Shown: piece after piece, positions 39,846 through 53,480 of the stretch
Numbering within the stretch: the first letter of the stretch is position 1
How the letters are laid out: each line of letters begins with the position of its first letter
NCBI GenBank assembly: GCA_951406725.2
Contig: OX597836.1
Coordinates: 21,018,001-21,082,000, forward strand
DNA: 64,000 nt
Direction: 5' to 3'
Source: Octopus vulgaris
Taxonomy: Eukaryota
Position numbers and translations under genes: made by a program
Notes under the pieces: generated by a model
Seen by the model: the letters and a program-made list of their open reading frames with translations, nothing else
The model's database searches: none
Told to the model about the DNA's origin: nothing

Positions 39846-39947
39846 GAAGACCTGGAGCAGTATCACTTGATGCTTATCGGAAGAAACCTTTCGAAGATGG
39901 TTACAGCGAGAGTAGAGAGAAGTTCACCGCATCTGTATAAGAACTGA
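39846..39947. other. Exon-like, CpG-retaining unique segment (strand unresolved)
   Basis: On +, the acceptor tttaactctttcactttag is followed by RPGAVSLDAYRKKPFEDGYSESREKFTASV*. The - strand also offers acceptors and an open frame (CGELLSTLAVTIFER). Confidence 0.3.
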
Positions 39948-40470
39948 AAACATAAAAAACCAGAACCAAATGTGGCTAAGTATTTTAGTCAAATATTCTA
40001 ATGATTCTGTCAATATATACAACCTGGACTACTAATTTATTTTACTGACCCTGGAAGAATGGAAGGGAAATTTGATCTTGGCAAGATTTGAACTTAAAAC
40101 ATAATAAGCCAGAACAAATACCACAAAGCATTGTTTAATGCTCTCATGATTCTGCCAATATACCACCTAGATTATTACTTCATTTTCTTGACCCCTGAAT
40201 GTTAAACTAATTTGGCAGGATTTGAACTTAAAACATAGATCCAAGGCAAATATCATAAACCATTTTTGTCTGATTCTAATAATTCTGACAATCCACCATT
40301 ATTTAAATTTATGACAAAATAAAAATATAATCAATTCAAAACTTTTACTACAAGATGGGCTTCCTAAAGAGAAAGTGGGTTCATTCATTTCTACAAATTA
40401 AGAATAGACTTTGTTACGTTATATATAAACATTTAAAAACTTATATTTAGGTTACTTTATATATATATAT

Positions 40471-40655
40471 AGGGAGAGTTTACGAAAAAAACAAAAGACA
40501 AAGGCAGGTGGTGTACAAAACAAACAGATGTATTAGTATAATGCTCAGGAATAGAAAAAGTCTTTTACGTTTCGAGCCTATGCTCTTCTACAGAAAGGGA
40601 CACAGAAAAAAACAAGGAGAGAAAAAAAATGTGTGTAGAGGCTAACGATCTATCC
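40471..40655 (-). mobile_element. Short Penelope-like element with minimal hammerhead variant
   Basis: Minus strand CUUU-CUGUAGA-A-GAGC-AUAG-GCUC-GAAA-CGUA-AAAG at 40562-40597. Abuts (TA)n. Confidence 0.65.
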
Positions 40656-42477
40656 ATCCATTGATAGTCTTATGGAACTTACATAAACCCACCCACTCTC
40701 CACCCCCATTACTCTATCAGGTGTGGCAGGTTGCCACTTCTGACAATTCACAAAAGAGAAAGAAATACAGACTGAATGATAACATAATAAAGTGTAGCGT
40801 TTTGTTACTTAGTAAATAAAACCACACTGAAGAAGAGTTTGTTAACCAAGCCAAAATCTTACATGGAAGCACAAACCTTGTAAAATAATGTTAGTGGATA
40901 AGAGAGAAGAGAAGAACTGAGGATGGTTTTAGAAGTAAGCCATAACCATAATGATATTGGTAAAAAGTATAAGGATAAAAAAACAAAATGAATAAAATAA
41001 AATAAACAAACAAGCCAAGCATGGTATGCAAGGAAATGAAAATAAGATTAGTCACAGATTTATAGTCACTGAGCATGAATAGGATAAGGTATCTAAAGCC
41101 AAGCTTGGCAGTTTTAAAGATTAAAGGAGAATCTGTTAAAGAAAAATACAATGTAGAGAGGGGCAATAAAATATTACAAAAATGGTAATGGCAATAATTT
41201 CTAGTAAAAGTAGACTTTTTTAAATGTATAATATTTTTTTAGATTTTTTTTTTTTGTTTTCTGGTTTTTTTTTTATTATATGCTTCTCAAACTCTTATAA
41301 TAAATGATATAGAAATTGCTATCCAGAAAATTTTATTTCAAATTTTAGTTTTCTGTTAATTTGTTAGATTTTTTTTCCTTACTTTTTTTTTTTTTTTTTC
41401 AACAAACAACTAAAGAATTTTATTTCATTCAAGGAAACTATATAAACTCTTGTGATATGCAAAGAGGAATTGACTGTGTCTCAGGATTATTACAGAACAA
41501 TTGAAGAAAGAGGTGAGGGGACAGAGTGGAGGATAGAAAATGATCATAATCCAAAAGCTTTCAGCTTAACACACCTGCATCAGATAACAGTGGTGGTGGA
41601 GAAGGTATGATGATGATGTTGAAGACGACAACAACAACAACAATGATAAGACAACAAAGACGTGTGCGAGAGTATTGTTTTGATTAGCAATTTAATGAGT
41701 ATTGATCACAAATAGCATTGGTGTGGGGAAGGGGCCTGCAACCATGAAAACTACTTTGTTCTAACAAGGATCCCCTAAGGGGTTGCTCAATGTGCTAGAA
41801 ATAGCAGCTAAATTCTACTCAAACCACATCCTACCATCTTGAAAAGCCAAAAAAGCTGGGCAGTTATGGCGTTTATCTTATATGTGCTCAGTCAGGACTG
41901 ACCTGGGGACATGGAATTATAATAGCAAGACCAACTTTGTTTTGATCATATTCAACAATTTAAGTAAAATAATGGAGCTTGAACTCTGATTAGTTAGTAG
42001 TGCCATGATTGGTGAAGTGACAGATTTGATAAAAGTACCAACAATTCAAACAAAATATAGAAGAGTCAAGATGAATAAATATGACTTAAGCCTTTAAGTA
42101 ACATAATCCTTGCTCAATTCCAGAATTGGTCATGTTAATCAAATAAGTAAAAAAAAAAAAAAAAATCATGACAAAACACTATACTATAGCAGTTTACATT
42201 TCTAAATGGAAGAATACTCATTCTTAACAGCCTCTATATGGTCATTAGAGTGGCCAGAAATAGCAGCTAAATCTTTATTATATTGCATCTTACTAACCAA
42301 GAAAAGGATCTAAGGATGTATTGTATCATAAGTTTTAGATCAAGTATCAATAATCAGGTGGGTTATAGCCCAGAACTGGGCTGCTGCGGTTTACTGTGGG
42401 GGCTTTAGACCTTGTTAATGTATTTGTGGACATTGAGCAGTTGATGGCTTTTAGATAATCTTTTGCATCTTTTTATC

Positions 42478-42862
42478 TTTTATCTTTTGCTTGTTTCAGT
42501 CAGTTTGACTGCACCCATGCTGGGGCACTGTCCTGGAAGGTTTTAGTTGAACAAATCAACCCCAGGTCTTATCTTTTTAAGCCTGATTCTCATTCTATCA
42601 GTCTCTTTTGTCAAGCCACTAAGTTATGGGGATGTAAACACACCAACACTGGTTGTCAAGCAGTGGTGGGGGACAAACACAGACAAAAACACACATAGAT
42701 ATATACAACAGGCTTCTTTCAGTTTCTGTCAACCAGATCCACTCACAAGGTTTTGGTTGTATCAAGGTTATAGTAGAAGACACTCATCCAAGGTGCCACA
42801 TAGTGAGATTGAACCTGGAACCATGTGGTTGGGAGGCAAGCTTCCTACCACACAGCCATGTC
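42478..42862 (-). mobile_element. Family A SINE
   Basis: Near full-length head, CORE-like region and tail. Confidence 0.85.
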
Positions 42863-43776
42863 TGTGTCTTGTGGTTTCTTTTTTTGAATTTTTGTTTACA
42901 TAAGTATAGCCAATGAAAATAGGAGGGGACACATGGGATACTTTTTTTTATATGTCTTCTGATATGATATAATATACATGTGGGCCGTTGACAAAATTTC
43001 TTGAGTGTGAGAAAGATGGTTCTGCAATTTCTTGCTGAACAACCTGCACAGATGATTTGTTTACGGTGATCAACTCTATGTGCTGTACATTAGCTCACTC
43101 CCTCCATCATATTGACATTACTTGTACAGGTACACAGTGTGCTACACATCACATGTCAAAGTTATTGCAGAGCAAGTGAGATGAAGTGTTTTGTTCAAGA
43201 CCACATGCCCTCACTAAATAGGAAATGGAAAAAAAAAAAAAAAAAAGCTAGAATGTTCACACCTTAAACATCTCTGATCAAAGGTCAGCTTCATCGATGA
43301 TGATTTGGAGCTGAACAACAACCACCACCAGATTACTGCAGGCAACATTTAAATGAAAGAGTACTTATTCCTAACAGCTAATGAAAAAGAAGCACATAGT
43401 ATGAAGTACTCATTCTTCTCAGAGACAATGAATTCTTTAGGGAATTTGAAGTTGGTAAACGAACACTTCAGCGACTCAGCCTTTCTATCTCCGTAAGCTA
43501 ACGAAGGCAAATTTTAAATTTAGAACAGTGAATCAATACATAATTATGATAATTGTGTTGGCTATAGTAATAAAGAAAATGTGTACACAGTATGATTCTG
43601 CAAGTTAATTAGTAGCACACTGGAAACTAAAATGAAGTCATAACTTTGGAAAATATTTTCTATCCACCTACAGTCTCAGCATAGAAATACACAGACACAC
43701 ACACACACACACACACACAAAGTTAATCTTAAATAAAATTGCAAAATTATGAAATTTCAATACAATAATCACTTAC

Positions 43777-43806
43777 AGAAAGTAATATTTCAAATTATAA
43801 TTATTT
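43777..43806 (-). other. Candidate 30-nt microexon
   Basis: (t)n-catattttagtttcag|AAATAATTATAATTTGAAATATTACTTTCT|gtaagt. Only one frame is open (NNYNLKYYF), and the segment is very AT-rich. Confidence 0.25.
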
Positions 43807-44630
43807 CTGAAACTAAAATATGAAAAAAAAAAAAAAAATATTTCAAAAATTCACTTAAAATTTTTTCTTGTTCTTTCCTTTAACTCAAAGATTTTAAATG
43901 CTATTTTTCTTTAAACATGTTTCAAAAACCTTTCCAATTTATAATTTTTTTAAAAAATTTCATTCCATAAGGGATCTAAGTTAAAAATGTTTTTTCTACT
44001 TTCCATTTATTGACACATAAAAAAGGAAAAAAAAATCAAGAAGAAATAATTTCTAACAAAAAGAATAATGGTAACATATGGTATAAAATATTTAACAAAA
44101 TTGGTCTTTCTTCAAAATTATATCTGAACAGAACTATATATAACATGATAAATTCTATAATATATATTGCTCAGCTGTGATATTATCAGGCTTAAAAGAA
44201 ACAGACAATATTTACTGTGATGTCATAGATGAAAAAGTCTCCAAATTCAATTAGTCTTTTCTAATTTTCATTTAGTTCCCATATATCATTCAGAACTTGC
44301 ACAAGTTGGTGTCTCCTGCATTATTTATTTACTAGTTTTATAATTTCCACAACCATAATCTAAATTATCATGTCACTCATCTCAAGTTCAACAGTTACTT
44401 CACACTGAAGACATTTTCTAAGAGAGTTAAACTAAATAAGACAGGGAGTCTATATGTGGTCTTTCAAACAGCTAGAATTAACAGCTGAGTCACCCTCAAA
44501 CTGAACCCAACCATCTTAAAAAACAAATCAGAAGGCTATTTTAGACAAGATAGTCTTAGATATACAAAAAAAGACAGTCACAAGTGAAATGAATTTTGAT
44601 CATAGATTCATTAGTAGAATAAGTAGAATT

Positions 44631-45014
44631 GTGGAGGCGCAATGGCCCAGTGTTTAGGGCAGCGGACTCGCAGTCGTAGGATCACGGTTTCGATTCCCAG
44701 ACTGGGCATTGTGAGTGTTTATTGAGCAAAAACACCTAAAGCTCCACGAGGCTCCGGCAGGGATGGTGGTGATCTCTGCTGTACTCTTTCACCACAACTT
44801 TCTCTCACTCTTACTTCCTGTTTCTGCTGTACCTGTATTTCAAAGGGCCGGCCTTGTCACTCTCTGTGTCACGCTGAATATCCCCGAGAACTACGTTAAG
44901 GGTACACGTGTCTGTGGAGTGCTCAGCCACTTACACGTTAATTTCATGAGCAGGCTGTTCTGTTGATCGGATCAACCGGAACCCTCGTCGTAACTGACGG
45001 AGTGCTTCCATCCC
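44631..45014 (+). mobile_element. tRNA-Arg-like SINE, tail type 2, with target-site duplication
   Basis: Head and centre are homologous to the 7163 copy. agtagaataag is duplicated at 44613-44623 and 45015-45025. Confidence 0.9.
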
Positions 45015-45025
45015 AGTAGAATAAG

Positions 45026-45365
45026 CAATGGTTCTCAACCAGGGTCTATATGACCTCAGGGGGTCCATATAAAATGGGGGGGAGGTGTCCATGCAAGCAA
45101 TATAGTATATTGGGGATTCACAGTTATTAAAGGTCCATGAAAAAGTTTTGAATTAAATTTATTGCAAGAAAAAGCTAAATTTCTTTCTCAAATGTTTTAC
45201 ATAGTTCAACCCACAAAAGTTAATGTGTGAAAAACAAAATAGGAATTTTGTATATAACTTTTTTTAATTTTTTTCAAGTTTCAAACATCAAATGGCCATG
45301 GGGATCCACCACAGTAGAATTGTAATCAAAAGGGTTCACAGATGAAAAATGGTTAGGAACCACTG
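45026..45365. mobile_element. hAT (Charlie/MER5-like) MITE
   Basis: TIRs caatggttctcaacc / ggttaggaaccactg and repeated gggtcca subterminal motifs. An 8-bp TSD is not recognisable. Confidence 0.78.
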
Positions 45366-45589
45366 TTTTAGAGAATCATATAAAAAATAACTTGTTTATT
45401 TTTGGCTCTTTGTTTTAAGTTGAAATCTGAAAGTCAATTTTGCTTTTGATCCTTCTATAAAAATATAGAGTAACCCATCAGATGTATTTTTTTAATTCTT
45501 TTACTGGTTTCAGCTAGAGGCTGGTGCCATATTGTTTTTATTAAAACTGAACTTAAAAATAAACATTAATATAAATATATATATATATA

Positions 45590-45722
45590 GGCGCAGGAGT
45601 AGCTGTGTGGTAAGTAGCTTGTTTACCAACTACATGGTTCCGGGTTCAGTCTGACTGCGTGGCACCTTGGGCAAGTGTCTTCTACTGTAGACAGAAATTG
45701 AAAGAAGCCCGTCGTATATATG

Positions 45723-45769
<47 letters not shown>

Positions 45770-45977
45770 ATGTTTGTGTGTCTGTGTTTGTCCCTCTAGC
45801 ATTGCTTGACAACCGATGCTGGTGTGTTTATGTCCCCGTCACTTAGCGGTTCGGCAAAAGAGACCAATAGAATAAGTACTGGGCTTACAAATAATAAGTC
45901 CCAGTGTCGAGTTGCTCGATTAAAGGCAGTGCTCCAGCATGGCCACAGTCAAATGACTGAAACAAGTAAAAGAGTAA
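45590..45977 (+). mobile_element. Young family A SINE with small internal deletion
   Basis: ggcgcaggagtagctgtgtggtaag head, internal (TG)n, tail gaaacaagtaaaagag. CpGs retained. Confidence 0.9.
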
Positions 45978-47456
45978 ATGAGAATGAGATGTATATACAC
46001 ACACACACACATTCACAACTTATCTACCCACCCTTCTGTTCCTCTTATTCACTTTATACCCTTACCATCTCTCTCTCTCTCCTTCCAGCTAAGGAAGCCA
46101 TGAATTACCTCTCCAGCAAGGCACTTGTTCCTGTCACCTTATCATACTTTCACCTCAATACTATACCCCAACTCAGTTGAAGGGTCATCTCTTACAAGTT
46201 ACTTGATGTCCTCACTTTTGACCATACTACAACTATCCAAAAAATAATAAGGAAAAAAAAAAAGGAAGGACACATTGGACAATGTTTTCAGACTAACTGC
46301 ATCTAGGATTACAAAGACAGAATGGTCATCATTGTAGAGTTTTTGATCAAAAGTCCATCTACTGTATAATGATTCACCTAAGACTAAACAACAACAACAA
46401 TAACAATAGCAGTAGTAAACACCTTCCATTTTCACGCTACACTCACCTTACCATAACGATAGGAACTCACTCTCCCTTTGTATCTACAGCCAGCCGACCG
46501 ACCGACCAATCAACTGACCAGCCATAATATTCTGCACCTATCATTAATTGACCACAACCCATTTCCCATTTCATACTGACAACTAGAATTCACTCTACTT
46601 TGTGACCTACTACAGTTTTAAAAGGATAGGATCGATAAATTTACTATGTTTCTGAAAGGTCTGCTTAACGACCGACCTAGGAGTGCAGAATCATAACACC
46701 ACCACCACCACCGACAACAACAACAACAACAATAACAACAACAACAACGAAAATAACAACAATGGATATCGTTATCTTTTCATCATCTATTGATAAGTAG
46801 CAATGTAATCTAGTATATTATTTTCTAGAATCAATTTATGGGGGAGGGAAACAAAACACCAGCTTTTGTTGTTGTTGTCAAGCTGGAGCAACTGAATATT
46901 ACTCTTAAGGTATTACAATTCTTAAAAAATGAGAAGTTAAGGATACAACAAAATACATTAAAAAACATAAACAAAGGAAACATTTGTTTAAAAAAAATCA
47001 ATATGAAAATGCTGTATGTATGTATCCAACTTCTCAAGTTCTATTCTTCTGAGAAAAAAATATTGTAAATATGTTATTTTATATTTTTCTTTTCATCTTT
47101 CCTTATTTATATATTTTTAATGTACGTGTGTCTTACATTTACATTATATATGTATTTATACAGTGTATATTTATCAAATATATACCTAATTCATTATTAA
47201 CAGTCATTATTCTGTTTGCTCCAGTTCACCTTGCAAGCAACAAGTTCTATTCTTATTCAATGTTCCAGTGGTTAACAACAATAAGAATAACCATCCAAGT
47301 TAAAAATGATTTCTAACACAGGCAGAAGATGTGAAACCTTTGTGAGGAAGGGGCAGTGAATTATGTCAACACGGGTTCTTAACTGGCACTTTGTTTTCTT
47401 GACACTGAGAGGATGAAAGGTAAACTCACATCTGGCTGAATGTGATTTTAACTAAA

Positions 47457-47612
47457 TACAAAAACGGTCTCCAGAGCTGCATCAAACGATGGGAGAAATG
47501 CGTAACTCAGGGTGGTTCCTATGTAGAAAAAGACTAATAACTGTGCCAAGTTTCGTTGCTCTACTGCTATGAGAAGTGGGTCAGGGGCATTACTTATTGA
47601 ACACCCCTCGTA
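47457..47612 (+). mobile_element. mariner 3' end inserted in a family B SINE
   Basis: YKNGLQSCIKRWEKCVTQGGSYVEKD*, then TIR ttacttattgaacacccctcg|TA. Confidence 0.85.
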
Positions 47613-50404
47613 TAATCATTTTGTCTGACACTCTACTAATTTAAGCAACAAATTAACAAAGTTGTCAGAACATCACATAGAACATCTCATGGTATTTCCT
47701 CTGACACTTGGTGCTCTGAGTTCAAATCTCACCCAAGTCAACCTTCCATTGTTTTAATTTTGAGGTCAACAAAAAAGTATCAATCTAAAGTGGTAGATTG
47801 GTAGAACTATAACAATATCAGACTGGGTGCCTTGCGGTATTTGTTATAGTTCTTAACATGCTGAGTTCAAATCCCATCATGGCCTATTTGGGTAGCAGAC
47901 AATCCAACACATAGGTTTATCCCAAACAGCTGGCACCCTAGGTGCCTTTAGCAGAATCCATCACACTGTTGCAAGCACTTGGGCCCATTTTCAGTTTGAG
48001 TATACCTTCCTCTCTCTATCCCACTCATCTCAGTTACCCTGTGAAGGGACTCGGCCACTGTCTTCCCTTCTGAATAAAAAGTGAAACAAAATACTTTGTC
48101 AAACTTTTGCCCTTACACCAATTATCATTATCATCATCATCATTTTAATGGCCATCTTTTCCATGCTTGCATCAGTTAGAATTTATCGAGGTAGATTTTC
48201 TATAACAGAATGCCTCTCCAATCACAAACTCTCACCTATTTCCAAACAAGGTAATATTTCCCTATGGCCAGACATGCTACCATGGAATTCAGGAAAAGAC
48301 CAACACCACTTGCATGACAGTGATGCTCAATTACAACCATCACATAATGTCAAGACAAGGGTACACACACACACACATTTACCTAAGGTGTCATGCAATG
48401 GGACTGAACCCAAGACCACATGGTTGGGAAATGAGCTTCTTAACCACACAGCTACACCTGCACAAGATCAGCAATTTTGTAGGGAAGGGGTAAGTCAGTT
48501 ACATCGATCACAGTGTTCAATCCATTAATACTTATTTTATCAAGCTCTGAAAGGATGAAAGGCGAAGTTGACCTCAGCCATCTGAACTCAGAATGTAAAA
48601 GTTGGAAGGAATGTTGCTAAGCAATTTTCTCAGTGTGGTTAACAATTCTACCAGCTCACTAGCTTGTCTGCACCTAATATTAAAATTAACAAGGTGGAAG
48701 TTGTCTGTTCTGGTATGGTTTCTATGGGTGGACGCCCTTCCTAATACCAACCACTTTACAGAGTGTATTTGGTGCTTTTTACATGGTACAAGCACAGGTG
48801 TTTTTTCACATAGCCTCGGCAAGGTCACCAAGGAACTTAATTGAGAGGAGTGGAACCAAGGGAAGTGGTGAGAAGGTAGAGTATGACAGAGGGACAGAGA
48901 TAGTTGTTTTACTATAGAGAATATACTTGGTTACCCCAGTAGGACAAGGAAGGAGAAGGAAGATGGGAGAGATTTAGGGAGAAAGATAGAAAGACATACA
49001 GAGAGAGAGAGAAAGGGAGAAATAGATACAGTTGGAGATATATTGGGGTCAGTCCACAGGGAACAGTGGAGGGTAGAGTATAAGTATTACAGAGGGGATA
49101 GATTGAAACTGCAGAAGCTCTGATCACAATATATAATAATTGATACAATGAACAAATATAGCTTGTAATTTATTCTGGCATGGTTTTAATCTTTGTACTT
49201 TTTATTCCTTTCTAAGGTCAGTAAAATAAATGTCAAATAAAGTATTTTGGCTCATATAATAGACTATAAACCTTTCCAGGCTGTGCCCCAGCATGACCAC
49301 ATTCCACTGACTGAAACCAGTAAAAGAACTTCAAATTGTAAGAAAGGTGTAGCAAGGATAAATATGTTTGACTATCAGACATCTCTGTATGCTTTTATAA
49401 AACATAAATAATCTTCAGATAGTAAGGTGTGTTTTCCAGAAAATGTATTTGTGTGTGCCTGTGAATGAGCATTTATATATACAAACACGCGTTTTTGTAG
49501 GATAATGTTTTCCTGGAGAAGTTCTTTACAACATGGAATATGCTCTTTACATGGTAGCACTTTTTCAGATGGGAATTTGTCTAATTAATTTTGTTTTCTG
49601 CACAAAGATGGACAATTTGATATTTCCTATCAGTTTGACCTTGTAATAATTTCTCAAGATTCTAATTTGTACTGGATGTTTCCAGCCTATGGAAAATATA
49701 TAAATATTTTCTTATCTTAACAAGTAAAACTAAGCAAGTTTAAAAATAGATTCCACTCATACATGATTCAGTGGTGAAATGTTAAGAACAGCATTCAACC
49801 ATAAAAAAAACCCCGCATGCTCTACTAATTTATATTAACAGAAGGCACTAAAGAATTATTCCAAACCAGACATATATAAAAATAAGAAAAGGCATTAGAA
49901 ATTGATTAACAAGCCATAAATTTATGAATAAATAAATATATGGAGTCATATCCATCATCATCTTTATTTTACATTAGTTTTTCCATACTGTCATGGTTTG
50001 GAGAGATCAATAATGGTTTAAGTTCTTATTCAGAATTATTACCCTCCTAGATGGACCAGAGGACCATGTGGTCAGACCAAAGGGCTTTTGGTAATTTGGA
50101 GCAATGTTGGAATTGTTATGATGCATCAACAATTGTTTACCTCCCACTTCAAAGAAGCTACAAAAGGCAGCCGTAGAGAGCTATGCCAGCATGGGAAAGG
50201 AATGTTTGGTGATGATGATGATGATGATGGTGATGCAATTCTGAGTCTTCCTTACAACTCATAAGGTCATAAGATTCAAATCATAAAAGTACAAAGTTTT
50301 ATGATCTGGCATTACTTGCAATAGTTCTAATATATGTAAGTTACCTATCTAACTGGATAGAGTCAATCAAACTATATCTGTTAGGTTCATCATTATCATC
50401 ACCA

Positions 50405-50817
50405 TCGTTTAATGTCCGCTTTCCATGCTAGCATGGGTTGGACGGTTCAACTGGAGTCTGGGAAGCCAGAAGGCTGCACCAGGCCCAGTCTGATCTGGCA
50501 GTGTTTCTACAGCTGGATGCCCTTCCTAACGCCAACCACTCTGTGAGTATAATGGGTGCTTTTTACATGCCACCGGCACAGGTGCCAGATGAGGCTTGCA
50601 AACGGCCATGATTGGATGGTGCTTTTTACGTGCCACCGGCATGGAGGCCAGACGAGGCTGGCAACGACCATGATCGGATGGTGCTTTTTACGTGCCACCG
50701 GCATGGTGGCCAGTTGGGGCGGTGCTGGCAACGGCCACGTTCGGATGGTTCTCTTACGTGCCACCGGCACTGGTATCACAACTACAATTTCCATTGATGT
50801 TAATCGATTTCGATTTT
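50405..50817 (-). mobile_element. Young family D (RTE 3' UTR-like) copy with internal 62-67-bp tandem repeats
   Basis: gtgctttttacgtgccaccggca-type unit at about 50556, 50619, 50681 and 50748. Confidence 0.85.
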
Positions 50818-52719
50818 GATAAAAAAAACAATTGGTCCTAGAAGGCCTGCAAAGGTTATGGGCACTGCCTCTTCCTCCAGACTCAACAAGAAAAAAATGG
50901 GTACTACTTTTCTTTCCTGGCTAAATGAGAGAGAAAGGGAGAGAGAGAGACTATGCAATCATTTAATCCAAGTGAAATATCAGAAAAATCTTCAAATGAC
51001 ACTCTAGTGTCTTACATAAAAAGCAATACACAGAACATTATAATCCATCCTGTCCTAAAAGACAGGATGGTCACAGCCTGAACACTTTATCATAGTTGTA
51101 CTACATCAAAGCTGACCTGGGGCTAAGTATCAAAAAGACCTACAGGAAATAAAAATCTTCAGTCATGCTTTAATAGTTCGATGAGGCAGGCACACATTAC
51201 ACTTCATTCAAGACACACACATTACACTTCATAGCCAGAAAGGAAAGAGATAAGAAGATAAGTTAAGAATGTGAGTGTAAAAGTTTCAAATTGAATAAAA
51301 CTTTATTAAACCCTTAGTTACTACACATATCACACAAGTATATCACCCACCTCTCTAGAATGGATAGTAGTATAACAAACATCCTTCTTGCTAACCTCTC
51401 AGTGAAATGCCACGACTATTCTTTCAGTCATGTAACCAGGTTTATTTATTATGCAAACCTGCTATGTGCTTTTTTTGTGCCTAGCCTATAATTAATTCTT
51501 TCCTACCTGTCAAATCAAATACTTACAAATTTACACTATATTATTTCAGCATTTTTCAAGGCTTCTATGAATAACAAATTCAAAAGCAAACAATGTGGTG
51601 ACTGTTAGTTTGATTTTTTTTATTTTAGCCCCAGGTTAATTCTTATCAAAAAAGACCTGTGACCAAATTATGATCAAAAGTATTTAAGACATTACCATCC
51701 TGCCACTTTTTATTATTTTTTTACCTAATAAAGACTACATTGGTAAATGTATCTGTTTTTGTATTAAAATAGTAGGATATAATTTGAAGGATATTTGGTT
51801 GCTATTTCTAGCACATTAAGCAATCCTGCGGAAGCTACTTTTTGGCATGGCTTGATCCTATACCTTGAGCAAACATATCATAGAGGAGTGGTAACTCAGT
51901 TTTATGAGTTACAAGTAACCTCACTAGTGCTGGTGCTGTGATAAAATGATGCACCCAGTACACTGTAAATTGATAGAGAAGCAGAGACAATACAAGGCTG
52001 AGAGAAATCTACAGTTTTTCAACCTTATATGGAACATGACAAAAACATGACAACCTCTCTAGTGTGAGTGCCATTATAAAATGTACATGGTATACTTTGT
52101 AAAGTGGAGGATGCAAGGAAGGACATTCAGCTGTGGAAATTAAGCCAAAAAGAATGAAGTAAATGTACAAGATGTAGTTCTCTAACTAGTCCAGGGAATC
52201 TTAACTCAGCATAAAGAACTGACTTAGACAGCAACAACCCATCAAACCCACGCCAGAATGGAAAACTGACTCATGATGGTGATGAATAAAGAGATGTAAT
52301 GCTTAAATTAGGTTTTGCTCAAAAGAAGAGAAATTTGATTTTACTTGTATTTTCCACTAGACAGAGATCAACAAAAGAAGGGGAAAAAAAAGAAGAAGTT
52401 TGGTTTGTTATAGAACCAATATCACTAACACAGCCAGAACCATATTCTGCATAAGGATTTCTTTGTAATTTAAAAATTAATGGTTTGGTAATGCCTGTTT
52501 TGTATCATATCAATGATACAAAAGAATCAAAGCTGGCTATGTTAAATGGAAGACGATATGGCAATTCAGTGCAGAGAACAAAAGACTGTATACTTTAAGG
52601 TAAAGTAACTTTTAAGTAGTTTACTGAAGTTCCATCAGAGTTGATAATATCACATTTTAATATTCAGAGCAATTGAATAGAGCACGTTTTAGTAGCAAAT
52701 TGATAAATTTTTTTTAATA

Positions 52720-53480
52720 TTAATCTCAGGAAATATTAAACTAAGAGGTAGAGAAACCAGTAAACTTTGTTTGCTGAGGATATTGGTTTATGAGGTCATA
52801 AATGAAAAAGAAAACTTAAAGATCTAAGGACAACTGCAAGAAGGTATGAAATGGAAATAAGTGCCAAAAAAAAAACACTTAATATAAAGAATCCTGTTCA
52901 AATAACAGGAAAGACATTGAAACAAGTAGATAAATCTAAGTATTTAACAAGAACATGAGAAGATCTGAGAGTAAAGAAAGTGATGGATTGCAGCAGTTGA
53001 TAGCATCTTTTAGCAAAATTAGACTTTAGTTTTTTTTAGTGGGGTGGGGTGGATTATAACAAATATTTGTTTTTTCTTTAAAGCAATAGTAATTTCAGCT
53101 AGATTCTAAGGAGGTGATTTGTGGACATTAAAGAATGAGAAAAAATTTTATGACCTTTAAAATGAAATGTTATAGAAAGATGTTTTGCAGTTTATATACA
53201 GAAAATTGAACTAATGAGAGTGTTAGGAAAGAAATTGTTGAGAACACTACAAAATCATGAAATTCTTCTCTCAATATCAAAAAAAAGTGGATATCAAGGT
53301 GGATTGGTCATAAAATATGTTACCAGCCTACTCCTAGTGGATATGATCAGATATGGACAAGCTCTTAGCAAGAGATGTAAGATCACAAAGGAAGTGGCTT
53401 GGGCAACCTCAAGGAATGAAGAGAAAGATGATGTAAATTTAAGGTTGGCTGTTGACCGAGAGAAATTAAAGAAGGAGGCT
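52720..53480 (+). mobile_element. Highly decayed RTE-clade RT fragment
   Basis: Residual motifs LFAEDIG (FADD), RYEMEISAKK, LKQVDKSKYL, FKMKCYRKMF, TNESVRKEI and RWIGH across frameshifts. Confidence 0.75.

Noticed and set aside
40891-41166. Hydrophobic 91-aa ORF with a good acceptor
   Set aside because: Composition follows the T-rich strand and there is no donor. Similar donor-less acceptors near 23255, 37100, 47050 and 54543 were also dropped.
50550-50775. CRISPR-like repeat/spacer pattern
   Set aside because: The 'spacers' are homologous to each other and lie within a retroelement-derived repeat.
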